A stretch of 63,192 nt of DNA, filler included, from Folioceros fuciformis (Eukaryota), in the NCBI GenBank assembly GCA_049999805.1. It is 13 parts of 13 records of this genome, joined end to end, with 100 filler letters (N's around TTAATTAATTAA, not from the genome) between each part and the next. Parts side by side here need not be neighbours in the genome. Positions count along the whole stretch, not along the records: positions 11,985 to 24,803 come from JBNGIO010003586.1; 12 more parts are not named here. One strand, 5' to 3'. Below the pieces are notes generated by a model, which was not told the DNA's origin, searched no databases, and saw only the letters and a list, made by a program, of their open reading frames with translations. The translations under genes were made by a program, and so were the position numbers. Positions within the stretch are counted from its first letter, which is position 1. Each line of letters starts with the position of its first letter. Positions 12,061-24,050 of the stretch are shown here, in pieces.

Positions 12061-15000
12061 ATGGACCCGCTCTTCAATCCGCACTCCAACCGCTTCTCCA
12101 ACATGCAGTCCCAGCTGCAGCTTCGTAGCCCTGCCTTTCCTGACGCTCCCACTCCTCGCTCCAACGCACTCCCGCAGCCCTACGCACCCGATCCTCCCCC
12201 CATTGCCCTTACCAACAACCATGCCCAAGCCCTGGCCGCCGCCAATCTGCCCAATTTCGCTCCTCCTTTCGCCTTCCCCCACTCCAGGCATCAGCTCCCT
12301 CCCGCTCNNNNNNNNNNNNNNNNNNNNNNNNNNNNNNNNNNNNNNNNNNNNNNNNNNNNNNNNNNNNNNNNNNNNNNNNNNNNNNNNNNNNNNNNNNNNN
12401 NNNNNNNGTTCTTGATCAAGCTGCTCCTGGCCTGTGCGCAAGCGGCATCGGCCACCAACTTGAACCTCACCAACCAGATGCTGGAGCAGCTCTCACTCTT
12501 GTCCAACCTTACTGGAGACCCCATGCAGAGGGTGGCCACCTACTTCATGAAGGGCCTTGCTGCCAGGGTCACCAAGTCTGTGTGCCCGGGCATCTACAAG
12601 GCCCTCAACTCCACCCAGATGCCCTCCCTGCCCGATCTCCTTGCTGCCAGGCAGGTCTTCTTCGGAGTCTGTCCATATCTGAAGTTCGCATTTCTGGCTG
12701 TCAATCAAGCCATCATGGATGTGATGCAAGGACACAAGGTGGTACATGTGGTGGATCTGGAGGCCATCGATGCGGTTCAGTGGGTCGCGCTCCTGCAGGT
12801 TACCATCCCGTCCTCCCCCTCACACCTGTTCCGGATTATTCCATTTCCTTCTTCCCTCTTTCTCTTCTCACACCTGCCCTTGCTTTCCTCGTTGTGTGCA
12901 GGCATTGGCTGCCCGACCGGGGGGACCACCTCACCTTCGCATCACCGGGGTGGGCGAGCGCAAGGAGCTGCTGGAAAAGCTTGGGCAACAGCTGTCTGAG
13001 GAGGCGGACAGGCTGGGTGTGCCTTTCCAGTTCCATGCTATCGTGGTCAGGCTCCAGGACCTGAAGCCGGAGATGCTCAGGGTGAAGCAGGGGGAAGCGC
13101 TTGCCGTCAGCTGCGTCATGAAGCTGCACCTGCTGCTGGCCGTGGAGGAGGAGGGCAATAACGATCCACACTGCCTCAGTGCAGACAAGCAGGTTCTGTC
13201 CCACGCCACTGAAGGGGGCTCGCCCTTCCCTTTCCCCTTCCTCAAGGCAGGAGTGAAGGAGGAGGGCGGGTTGAGTGTGTCCACGCCTCCCCCCATGCAT
13301 GGCAGGCATGGTCCTCCTCCTTCTCCTGCTCCTCTTCCTGCCCCCCTTGCTTCTGTAGACGTCGGCTTGAACCTGTCCGGGATGTCGCACAGCACGAGCA
13401 ACGGGGCCACTTTCAGGCCGCCTAGTGCAGAGAGGAACGGTTTCACCGCCTGGGCTTCGAAGATGGAAAATGGCAGGTCCAGTTCTGACAGCGAGGTGAA
13501 GAAGGAGCGTGATCTTTTTTCTCTCAATCCCAGCCGAGCCACTGGCGAACAGGGAAATGACAGCGAGAATACTGGCAAAGGAATGGGCCTCTCCTTGTGG
13601 ACCTCTGCCAAAGACAAGGAGTCGTTCCACAGGCCGAGTTCAGCCCCTCGGGATGAGGATTCCCGGCACGAAGGCGGCTCCCCACGTGGGCGGAAAGGAG
13701 AGAGAAACGAAGGCGAACAGGTTGGAGAAGCAGACAGGAGCAGGACGGGAACAGGAGATACCAGCGGGACGGATGCGAGTACCTTGACAGACGATGGAAG
13801 TCCACCTTCTGACAGGCTTTCAGGAGAGGAGAAAAGGGATCTGGTGCAAAGACTCTACAACGCCAAGCATGCCCTCACGGAAAGAGTGCAGGGCGGGATA
13901 GATATGAACAGAAGGTCGGAAGAGACTGATGGCGACATCGACAAGAGCAACCAGTCACACAGCAGCTGGGCGGCAGGTGGGGAAATGATCGATGTAAATA
14001 GGGCCTCTGAAGAAGAGTCGGAGGAGTGTGGAAGGGTCGGCATCGACATCAACAGGTGTGTTGACAAGGAGCGAACGACAGCCATGGACGTGAACACCGT
14101 GGGAGAGATGCTAGGTGCAAGGAGTGTACAAAACGTGAGCGGGAGGGACTGCAGCAGCAATGAGGTCCGCCCTCACTTTCAGCTTGAACTGGAGAGGGGG
14201 GTGAAGAGGAGCAGGGATCAATCGGAAGATGCATGGAGACGGGAAGGTGACGGCAGCAAGGCCGGAGCTACATTCTTCGGATGCATTGGAAATTCTGATG
14301 AAGTGAACGATTCTCGTTCTGCTGCTCTCAGTTTTCACCAAGAGAGGCAGCTCATGGCAGAGAGGGGATACCCATCTGTGGTGGAAGTGGGGCATTCGGC
14401 AGGAGAAAAGCCATTTTCCGCCTTGCACCAGCAACTACACCAGCACCAGCAGCAGATCTCCTCAAGGAGCGATGGAGAGCCTAACGGTGGGCAGCCCCAC
14501 AAAGGTCTGATGAGAGCTCTGACTGGTAACATGGGTTCGTCCACACCCAGCAAGTGCTCTAGGAGCGCTGGGGAGGGGGACAACCACCTCCGGTTCTTCG
14601 AGCATCACCGCTTGACAAAGCCGGTGCCAGCGCAGGATCCTTTTGCCCGTAAATTGGGTTTGAAGGTGAAGGAAGAGTACTCCACGGCGAGTGAAGAGTA
14701 CTCTTTTAGACATAGGTCTGGTGTGACGGTGAAAGAGGAGTATCCTAATCCTTCGGTACAGGGGCGCGGATACAGCCATGCACATCAGCAGCAGCAGCAG
14801 CAGGAAGTGGATTTCCTGTCGAGAAACTCCAACAGGCCAGCCATAGAGAGAGTGTTGCAGATGTTGAGGAGCCTCAACCCCAAGGTGATGGTTGTGGTGG
14901 AGCAGGACTCCAGCCACAACTCCTTGGGCTTGGTTGAAAGATTCGTACAGGCTCTTCACTACTACTGCGCCATGTTCGACTCACTGGACTCTACGCTGTC

Positions 15001-15316
15001 CCAGCAGAACCCAGAAAGAGTGATTTTGGAAAAGCACCTGTTGGGCCAGGAAATCCACAACATCGTGGCTTGCGAAGGCCGCGACCGATTGGAGAGGCAT
15101 GAGAAGCTGGAGGTCTGGAAGAGGAGGATGGACTGGGCTGGCTTCCGGCCCCTCCATTTCTCCCAGACCACCAGCGTGCAGGCCAAGCGCCTACTCAGAA
15201 ACTGCTTCAGTGATGGGTATCGCATGGTGGAGGAAAACGGGTGTCTCACCTTGTGCTGGAAGGATACCCCGCTCTTCTCCGCGTCCGCTTGGCAAACCGA
15301 GTACACCATGGCGTGA
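12061..15316 (+). CDS. GRAS transcription regulator, SCL3-like, one intron (12799..12901) and a very large insertion
   Basis: LHRI (LIKLLLACA...GDPMQRVATYF), VHIID (NQAIMD...VVHVVDL...QW...ARPGGPPHLRITGV), LRVKQGEALAVS, PKVMVVVEQDS, ERFVQALHYYCAMFDSL, NIVACEG..RLERHE, terminal SASAW. Confidence 0.92.
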
Positions 15317-16194
15317 GCACGTGTCAAGGCGTGCGTGCGTGCATGCAGAGGAGAAGAGTGCGTGTGATGAGCCTCGATTGTGAACTCGCCTGCCTGCTGC
15401 ATGGCGAATTCACCATCGCTGCTGCCATCAACCGAGGCTCATGACAGAGGCTTCTACAGGGTTTGCGTGTCGTCGCATTGTAGACTCTTCTGTCATGTCA
15501 GGATTCCATGTATTATTTGGTTGCTGTTAGTGTCCTCCTATAGTTTTCCCTTACATTATTAGCGTGACCTTTTTTAAATGTCTTAAGGACATCTCACTGA
15601 TGCTTAAGACAGTTAAAAAAAGCAGCATCGCTAGGTTAGTACTAGCGTCAGAGCTTAGAGCTACTGGCCAAAGTGCCATGTGAGGCTACTCACTGTTTGT
15701 CTTGTATGCACAGTGACTTCCTCGCACATGATATCAAGACAGCATTTATGTCCACACGCAAGCAGACAGACATATCTTGCCCCTGCCGAAGAACGCATGT
15801 TTCCTCGCGCGACGACCAGTCTCCTCATCACCACGTCTTTTTGTCCTCTTTTTCCTCACCGCGCGCTACAGACAGCTACGCCATGTTCCGATGTTCCTGC
15901 TCACATCACATTTGACCCACGATTCTTGTGACCGCACGTTCATCGAGAGCATCTTTCTTGTCAATTCTTGCGTCCAGTTTCCACACCTTCTGATGTCACT
16001 TGGCAACGCAAAAGGAAGTCCTAGTCTTGCACAAAAGCCTATGCATCATCTTGTCCTATCCTGTTCTGTCTTGGAGATCCCACAGTCTCCACTAACGCGT
16101 GAGTGACCACGACACGCTGCGCTGTGCTATAGTACAAAGCACTACAAGTGTGTACACCAGTTACGATTTGTCATCTACAGCCACAATGACGTCA

Positions 16195-16636
16195 TCAGTC
16201 TTTGGCCTTCACGTTGCTTTCGAACTTGGACTCGTCGATCTTGATGTCCTTCTCCACCATGGCCTCCTCGGCGGGCTTGCCGCCAGAGCTGAGGCCGCCT
16301 TTGCGACCCATCTCCTCGTAGCCTTCGGTTCCCAGCTGCCCGCTGCGGGTCTGCCCGCCTCGACTGCGGCCTGCCACCAGTAGGAACAAGCAACTTCGTG
16401 AAGCGGCTCATCGGAGAGACGAAGTCAGACACAAAACACCAATAGCGCCGGTGCATCATCTTTTCTCTCGTCATCCATCGCTTGCCTTCCGCCAGCCGCT
16501 CTTGCGCCTCCAGCGATTTGCCGCCGGTGCCGCCAGGCACCACGGTCTGGCCCTGCCGCGCCCTCTCGTCCAGCTCGCGCCGCTCCTCCTCGCTCAGATG
16601 ACGCGTGGGAATGTCGTGCTCATGGTGCTGCGCCAT
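16195..16636 (-). CDS. Em-like group 1 LEA protein, 2 exons, GC-AG intron 16485..16371
   Basis: [39 protein letters not shown]...[12 protein letters not shown]...IDESKF. Frame is restored only by the AG|GCAAG donor. Confidence 0.93.
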
Positions 16637-16779
16637 TGCTGGGCATCTGATATACAACAGGCCTGTAACGGGGAGCAACAGCAACAAGCCACCGCGCCGG
16701 TCTCGTCAAAGCAGGCACAGTTGCACAAGGGTTACATACTGCCGCAACAGCCACACCACAAAATCGAACAGCATCTGTC

Positions 16780-17184
16780 CCACGCGTACACCACATTTCG
16801 GGAATCTCCGGCAGCCCAGCGAGAAATCAATCCTCGCGCTTACAGCAGCCGGCAGCATGCCTGAGGCTGCGGCACCAGCCACGCCCCGCACTCTCGAGCC
16901 TACCGCACCCGACATCATGGCAACAAAAGTCTGCTGGCAATTCACGGAATTGGCTACTACTGTCAAGCAGGCTGGGAGAGAGCAAACTTTCTGACTCAGA
17001 CCTGGATGAGTAGCTGTCGCAGAACGTCCTTGCTTCCCGAGACCCACGAGCTGAATGAGCTGGTTAACCACCGCGACACTGCTTGTCAAATCCTGGAGCA
17101 GAGCTAATGGCCCTGCACCTGGCCTTGCCACCTTGGATAACCGCAAGTGAGCTGGTCCCCCTTCCCGGACATGTTGCCACGTAC
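16780..17184 (-). promoter_or_regulatory. Candidate ABA-responsive elements upstream of Em gene
   Basis: CE3-like ACGCGTGG (16787..16780) and ABRE GTACGTGGC (17184..17176). Short motifs, supported only by the Em context. Confidence 0.4.
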
Positions 17185-17578
17185 CAGCTGTCAGTGTATT
17201 TCGTGGATTGACTCCTCCTTCATACACCCACACTGTCAGTCGCCCCCTCTCGCATGCACGCTCGCATGTTGCTATACAGATATGGCTGCGTGAACTCACA
17301 AATCAGTCGATGGCACACTCGCCCAGTATGTCAGCCAGCCGCTCTTTTCCAGTGGGAGATCGAAAAATGCGACTCACGCGTCCCAGATAACCTGAAGCCC
17401 AGAATCGAGCTGGGAACATCTGATTTGAGACGCTATGGAGATCACCATCACACCCCCAACCAGTCAGATACAACCTGCCTCGCCAGGCGTGCTTCAACAA
17501 TTAACTTTCTATTTGAAGCCCGATGCCTATGGACATGCCCGTAGTGCAGATGTGGTGGTGCGACTGAAGCAAGGACCG

Positions 17579-20500
17579 TTATCTACTGGTGTTCACTTGC
17601 TCCATGCCAGCAACCTGAAAGGTTTGCACCAGGCCATCCATGTCTATCCACCTGCTCTGGCCTGCCTGCTTCCATGCCCTGACTCCAGTTCTCCTCGCCT
17701 GCATTTCATGCGCTTGCTCCCACATCTGGGCACTGGTGTATATGTTCGACATCAACACGTAAGCTGCTGAATCCGTCTCGTCCAACTTCACTGCTTCATC
17801 GAAAGCATGGCGTCCCACCTCCAAGTTGTTCCACTTTTGACAAGCACCCAGCAGTGCACGCCAGACTGCGCCGTCAGGCGCTACAGGCATTGTCCTCACA
17901 AAAGCTAGCGCATCATCCACTTGGCCCGCACGGCTCAGGAGATCCACCATGCACGTGTAGTGCTCCAACGTGGGTCTGATACCATACCGACTGCTCATCG
18001 CTTCAAACTGCTCTCGCCCCTCCTTCACCAGACCTGTATGACTGCAGGCTGTCAGTATGCTAAGGAATGTTGCACCGGTTGGCTGTATGTCACCCTCTCT
18101 GAGTCTCTGAAACAAGGCGAAGACTTCGCCAGTGTCTCCTTGACGAGAGTACCCTGAAATCAGTGCATCCCATGCCGGAACATCCTTTTCAGCCAATTCC
18201 TCAAACACTCGCTGGGCATCAACCATGCTGCCACACTTTCCGTACATGTTTATCAAACTATTGGCTACAAATACGTCAGCTTGAAGACCGTGTTCTTGGA
18301 TATGTGCATGAAGCTGCCTTCCCATGTCTAAAGCTGCCACATTGGCACATGCCTGCAGGACACACACAAATGTCACTGCATCAGGTGTAGTCGTCCCTTC
18401 TAGCATAGTCCTGTAAAGACCAAGGGCTTCCTGCCCCATGCCCTGCTGTGAATATCCTCCAATCATGGCATTCCATGTCACCACATCTTTATCAGGAAGT
18501 CCGTCAAACAGACCCCGAGCATTCTCTAGGCTGCCACACTTTGCATACATGTCTACCAAGCTGCTGGCTAGAAAGGCATCCGCCTCAAGTCCTCGCTGCC
18601 TGATGTGTGCGTGAACCTGTTTACCCGTCTCCAGGGCAGACGTGCCCATACTTGCACATGCCTGCAGGAGGGGCACAAATGTCACAGAATCGAGTGCACC
18701 AATGCCTTGCTCTTGCATAGCACTGTAAAGGCTGAGGGCTTCCTGCCCCATCCCCTGATGAGCATAACCTGCTATCATGGCATGCCAGGCCACCACGTCT
18801 TTCTGACCAAGCTCGTCAAACACAGCCCGAGCATCTCTCAGGCTGCCACATTTCCCATACATGTTCACTAAACTGCTAGCTACAAACACGTCAGCTTGAA
18901 ATCCTCGTTCTCTAATCTGTGCGTGAAGCTGCTGCCCCCTCTTCAAAGCTGGGAAGCCCAGGCGGGCACATGCTTGTAGGAGGCACACAAATGTCACAGG
19001 GTCGGGTGCAACAATGCCTTCTTCCTGCATAGCGTTGTAAAGATCGAGGGCTTCCTGCCCCATGCCCTGCTGGGAATACCCTGTTATCATAGCATTCCAT
19101 GTCACAACATCTTTCTCACCAAGTCCGTCAAACACACCCTGAGCATCCTCTACGCTGCCGCACTTTGCGTACATGTTCACTAAGCTGTTCGCTACAAAAC
19201 CATCGGCAAGAAGCCCTTGCTCTCTAATTTCGGAATGGAGCTGCCTGCCCTTACCCAAAGCTGGCTTGCCCACACTGGCACATGCCTGCAGGAGGCAAAC
19301 AAATGTTACAGAATCAGGTGCAACCATGGCTTCTTGTTGCATGGCACTGTGAAGATGAAGGGCTTCCTGGCTCATGCCCTGATGGGAATAACCTGTTATC
19401 AGACTAGTCCACATCACCAAATGCTTTTCACCTAGTCCATCAAACACTCGTTGAGCGTCTTCCAAGCTGCCACACTTTGCATACATGTTTATCAAACTGC
19501 CAGCTACAACTACATCGCTTTGATGTCCTTGTTCCCTAATTTGTGTATGCAGCCGCTTCCCCCTCTCCAGAGCAAGGCTGCCCACACTTGCGCATGCCTG
19601 CAGCAGGCACACAAATGTCACAGCATTGGCAGCTACCAAGCCTTCTTCTTGCATGGCACTGTAAAGAGAGAGGGCTTCCTGCCCGAATCCCTGCTGGGAA
19701 TACCCTGCTATCATGGCACTCCACGTTACTACATTCTTTTGCCGAAGCCCGTCGAACAGGCTCCGAGCTTCCCGGAGGCTTCCACACTTTGCATACATAT
19801 CTACCAAACCGCTAGATACAAACACATCAGCTTGAAGTCCTCGTTCCCTAATCTGTTCATGAAGCTGCTTCCCCTGCTCCAAAGCCGGTGTACCAACACT
19901 GGCACATGCCTGCAGGAGGCACACAAAAGTCACGGAATTGGGTCTAACGGTTCTTTCTTCTTGCATGGCCCTGTATAGATTAAGGGCTTCTAGCCCCATG
20001 CCCTGCTGGGAGTACCCTGCTATCATGGCACTCCACGTCACCACATCCTTTTCCTGAAGCCCGTCGAACACCCTTTGGGCGTCTTCCAAGCTGCCGCACT
20101 TTGCATACATGTCGACCAAGGCACTGCTGACAAACAAATCAACCTTCACGCCACTAGCCAATACATCAGCATGCACCTGCTGTCCAGATTTCAAGTCTGC
20201 TCCCCTTGCACAAGCTTGAAGAACTGCTACAAACACATGGCCATCCGGCTTCATGGAAGACCTCCGCATCTTATGATACAGTTGTATGGCATGCTTCTCT
20301 TGTGCGTGTTTAACATGTGCCGATATTATGGAAGACCACATGAAAGCATCTGGGTTAGGAACAAGGGTAAACACATCCCAAGCTTCCTGCAACCTGCCCT
20401 GTGAAGCATACATTCGAAGGATGTGGTTGCACAGCATGGTGTCCAAAAGATGCCCTTTCTTCACAGTGAAGGCATGAACGCGGCGACCAAGAACAAGATC

Positions 20501-20836
20501 CTTGTTGCCAACACATTTCTTCAGGACACTCTGAAAAAGAGATTTGGAAACAAAACAGTCAGTCTGCACCAGAAGCCCCAAAGCCTCGACAGCTTCACTG
20601 GGCTGCCCATGCTCGCACAGTTCGCTTACTGTGTCAGCCGTTACGCACCTCTCGTAAACTGCAGGCCTGCGAGGGCCGGGATTTTCCGACACAGTCCAAG
20701 GATCACGTGTTGAATGAGATGGGTGACCAGCCAACGTGCTGCACCTCGCGGCTTCGTTGCTCTCCATCGGTTGGCTCCTCCCAGTCACGTGACCGGGAGC
20801 TCTTCCTATAATACCTGTGAATCTCCTGGCAACCAT
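17579..20836 (-). CDS. PLS-class PPR protein, E subgroup without DYW (probable organellar RNA-editing factor), intronless
   Basis: About 8 P-L-S triplets (LVDMYAKCGS..A..VFD; TW.AMI.GY; VTFVCLLQACA), then HYTCMVDLLSRAG, VWRALLGAC, AYVLMSNIY, ending after KQAGQSRWID. First in-frame ATG at 20836. Confidence 0.93.
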   Translation of the reverse strand: MVARRFTGIIGRAPGHVTGRSQPMESNEAARCSTLAGHPSHSTRDPWTVSENPGPRRPAVYERCVTADTVSELCEHGQPSEAVEALGLLVQTDCFVSKSLFQSVLKKCVGNKDLVLGRRVHAFTVKKGHLLDTMLCNHILRMYASQGRLQEAWDVFTLVPNPDAFMWSSIISAHVKHAQEKHAIQLYHKMRRSSMKPDGHVFVAVLQACARGADLKSGQQVHADVLASGVKVDLFVSSALVDMYAKCGSLEDAQRVFDGLQEKDVVTWSAMIAGYSQQGMGLEALNLYRAMQEERTVRPNSVTFVCLLQACASVGTPALEQGKQLHEQIRERGLQADVFVSSGLVDMYAKCGSLREARSLFDGLRQKNVVTWSAMIAGYSQQGFGQEALSLYSAMQEEGLVAANAVTFVCLLQACASVGSLALERGKRLHTQIREQGHQSDVVVAGSLINMYAKCGSLEDAQRVFDGLGEKHLVMWTSLITGYSHQGMSQEALHLHSAMQQEAMVAPDSVTFVCLLQACASVGKPALGKGRQLHSEIREQGLLADGFVANSLVNMYAKCGSVEDAQGVFDGLGEKDVVTWNAMITGYSQQGMGQEALDLYNAMQEEGIVAPDPVTFVCLLQACARLGFPALKRGQQLHAQIRERGFQADVFVASSLVNMYGKCGSLRDARAVFDELGQKDVVAWHAMIAGYAHQGMGQEALSLYSAMQEQGIGALDSVTFVPLLQACASMGTSALETGKQVHAHIRQRGLEADAFLASSLVDMYAKCGSLENARGLFDGLPDKDVVTWNAMIGGYSQQGMGQEALGLYRTMLEGTTTPDAVTFVCVLQACANVAALDMGRQLHAHIQEHGLQADVFVANSLINMYGKCGSMVDAQRVFEELAEKDVPAWDALISGYSRQGDTGEVFALFQRLREGDIQPTGATFLSILTACSHTGLVKEGREQFEAMSSRYGIRPTLEHYTCMVDLLSRAGQVDDALAFVRTMPVAPDGAVWRALLGACQKWNNLEVGRHAFDEAVKLDETDSAAYVLMSNIYTSAQMWEQAHEMQARRTGVRAWKQAGQSRWIDMDGLVQTFQVAGMEQVNTSR

Positions 20837-22399
20837 GGCTTGCACCAACACGCCCTGAACCCAGGGGTGCACGAGGCCCTGCCTCAAATGTTTCTATGAG
20901 GCACATCACCTTAGCCCATGTGGCATCAGACCTTAACAGGAGCATTCCACTGGCACTGGTCGTCGCCATGTACCTCAGTTTGACCAATTCGATCACCACC
21001 TACTCTGGCAACCTGGCGTGGGACGCCTGTCTTCGTAATGTACATTTGGTTGCACACAACCATGTCCGACTTACACCCGTCTTCACGATCAGAATATGAA
21101 CTCACGTCCCAGAAGCAAATCCTGACGCACAACCCTCCTTGACGCACAAGTTTCAAAAGCCGACAGTCTGTGTCTACCAGAACTCCTATGCGTGCTGTAG
21201 TGAGCTGCCCCTGCTGTAACATGGTTTGCTCACACCTTCAGCAGTTCGGTCCTTTCGGATGCTGCAGGCCTTCCACCCTGGGCACTAAGAGCAACCAGCC
21301 TTTGTACATCTGAAGCCCGCCTCCTCGCTAGAACACCCGCGGGCCCACCAGCAGTGGTCACGTAAGGATGAAAAGATTCTGTAAGCCGTGGTGAGCTCAA
21401 TTTGCTCGGTGTATCATGGCGCAGACCTAGAACACATGCTACTCCAAGTACTCACGCTTGCAACACAAGTGGTGCAGCAGTTCCATGTCTGTGTGAAAGT
21501 TGACGGCTCTTATGGGATGAGCTTCCGCTGGCCTGATATTTGGGATTCAACAAGCGTTGACACCTCCTTAGCACTCAAGCCAAAGGTGACAAGGACCATA
21601 TCAGGCCAAATGCTCGTCACAAGAGTGCACACCGTGAGGGCACATTGTTGGATTGACTGGTCATGGACCTACCTGCTATGCTCCTTTACGTGCTTCCTGC
21701 AAGTTTCGACAACTGATTTTGTCTAGTGAGCGCATTTAGAACGAATAGACACTCGAGAAAAGTTTGTATGTGCATTCCCTTCGAGGAAGCCTGCACAACG
21801 TAGTCAGACTGAGGTCGACCGAAAGGTTTGCTGCGGGCATGCCTCACCTTTCAGCACTGTCAATCCGAGCACATCGCGAGTGCCTTAGGTGACATCAGTT
21901 TCCTTTGAAGAACTACGAATCTATTCTCCTCGAATGCCCACAGACTTACAAAGCAGTCCTAAGGATGAATCGCAAATCCTCCAAACCATTAACTATCCGT
22001 TTTCTTTTCTATTTACAATACAAAATGATGTTGCCCTTGAAAACAATGTTCTCGATGCAATTTCAGTCATGGAGAGCACCTCCACGGCTTCACAACCAGT
22101 CAAACCATCCAAACTTAAGTATACTAGTTTTATTTTCATTAATTTAAGTATTAGATAGCTGCTGATATGATTGTTATGGACACATAAGTCTATTAGCTAG
22201 CACATCATTATCAACCCTGTTAGACCCCAAGGACTCGATTAGCTAGCATGTTATATCAACCCATTGAGACCACATTTGTGGTAAATTTACTCTATCATCT
22301 TACATCCCATATGCATAGAGTTTTCAACTACAAAAACAAAAAGACTCCAACATGCAAGCACACTTTAACTACGAAAACAAAAAGATGGTGCCTTCCCTA

Positions 22400-24050
22400 T
22401 ATCTTGACATGGGGTGGCTTGGAAATTGGTTGAGAAAAATATCCAAGTCTAGGAATATGAAGACTTTACGCTATGCATAGCTGAAGGGGGAGTTGATAGA
22501 GAAGTAGGAGGTAGGGATCTTTAACGAAAATGTTGTCCAAACTCCCCATGAATAATCCAACTGTAAGGACCATAAAGAAGCTAAGCAAGGTGTATGAGTG
22601 GCCAAGGGTGGAAATGGGGGGCTTATACCTAGGATCGTGGTGCAATAAGAAGGTGTTGGAGGCAACTAGGTAAGTTGTTCAATCACTCAGAGCCTTCAAA
22701 ACAACCAACAAATGGCTGATGTCAGAGATGCATAATAGGAATGTGCGAGCAATGGTGAAGATCCTAGTAAATTGGTCATAGGTTCTAAAGGTGGGACCAT
22801 CTCCCGAACAATGTGCTCGTCCTTCAAGGGAAATGAATTGACAGCATTAGGGAGCTCCCTAATGCTATTGTGCTACCTCGAGGTAGCACAACATATCCAT
22901 CGAAAGATTAAGTATTTGAGATACAAAAAGTATCCTTCTTGAGGTCTAACTACCTTCTTGTCCCATGTTGGGCACATTTTCAATATGTTCTTTGAGGAGA
23001 AACAACTATCCGCCATGAATATTGGAATGAGAGTAAAAAATGGTGAGAACTCAATAGCGTAGTTGTCAACAAATTCATTGTGGATTGTCATAGCTCATGT
23101 GAGTGAGCTTGTGCTACCGCTAGTGGAGTAGCAACCTCAACAATCTTCTTCAAGTACATATGTATAGGTTTAACAAAGACAGGCTTGTAGAGGTTGTCAA
23201 CAAAGAGGTAGTGATCAGAAGCAACAAACCCCAAGACAATGGTTTATTCTAGCCAACAAACCAACAAGCTAGTGTGGCTCAATAGATCTAAGAGCCTACA
23301 AGAGTTGTCCTCCGAAGCACTCCAGACCCTATAAGCCCACCACCAAGTGACCTGTTGAAATAACCACAAACTTCCAATGAATTAAGGGTCAAAGGATCTT
23401 ACTTCCCAAAGTATCATTTTGAAAGATTTGATATGGAGAGGGGTAGTAGACCTTGAGTCAATAAGGAAGCCAATTTAGGCCTCATTCACCAAAGCAAGGA
23501 TACCGAACTCTTGCTAAACTTCTAATGGGTGTTTAATAACAAGAGCAACGGATGTGGCTTTAGGGGTCAAGGCTATGGTAGTAGGAGGATTGGCAGAGGA
23601 GTTTTCAAGGTTCTAGCCACAAAAACTAAGGTTGGCACAGGAGTTTTCAAGCTTTTGTCCGCAAAAGCTAAGAATGTAATAATGGAAGCTCAAATAGTGG
23701 AATTGATGGCAGAGGCAAAGGCTACTTGAGTCTTGACTAAGGATGTCGCACATAAACAGAGAGAAGCGGAGGCTCCTATATAGGAGGCGAAGGGAGTTTA
23801 AAAACTTGTTAGTGTAGCAATAGAGTAGGCCACTATCACAAAACAACAAAGGAACCAATTACACCAACAGAGGAGAGAGCTCGTGGGTTGTAGTGGAGTG
23901 CAAAAGAGAGGAAGAGTTGGAATACTTTGACCATTTGGTAGAAGAGTCCATCAAATATGCAAAGGCTATCCAGGACAAGAAAATGGTTGCATGGTTGAAG
24001 GGCTATCGCTCATAACAGCACCTCATGAACCACATCAATATTGAAGGAAG
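22400..24050 (-). mobile_element. Highly decayed retrotransposon gag-protease-like relic
   Basis: Stop-riddled frames in CpG-poor DNA; FLIDSRST near 23460 resembles the aspartic protease LxDSGxT motif. Boundaries approximate. Confidence 0.3.

Noticed and set aside
12836..15402. Long antisense ORFs over the GRAS gene (likewise over PPR, NAL1 and CPN60B)
   Set aside because: Shadow ORFs of GC-rich coding sequence with no independent motifs.
15478..15495. miR156-like target site (CTCTTCTGTCA)
   Set aside because: Only 11 contiguous nt match; the other half is mismatched, too poor for a plant target.
17300..17578. Frameshifted DYW domain after the PPR stop
   Set aside because: No HSE or CxxC motifs seen downstream on the minus strand.
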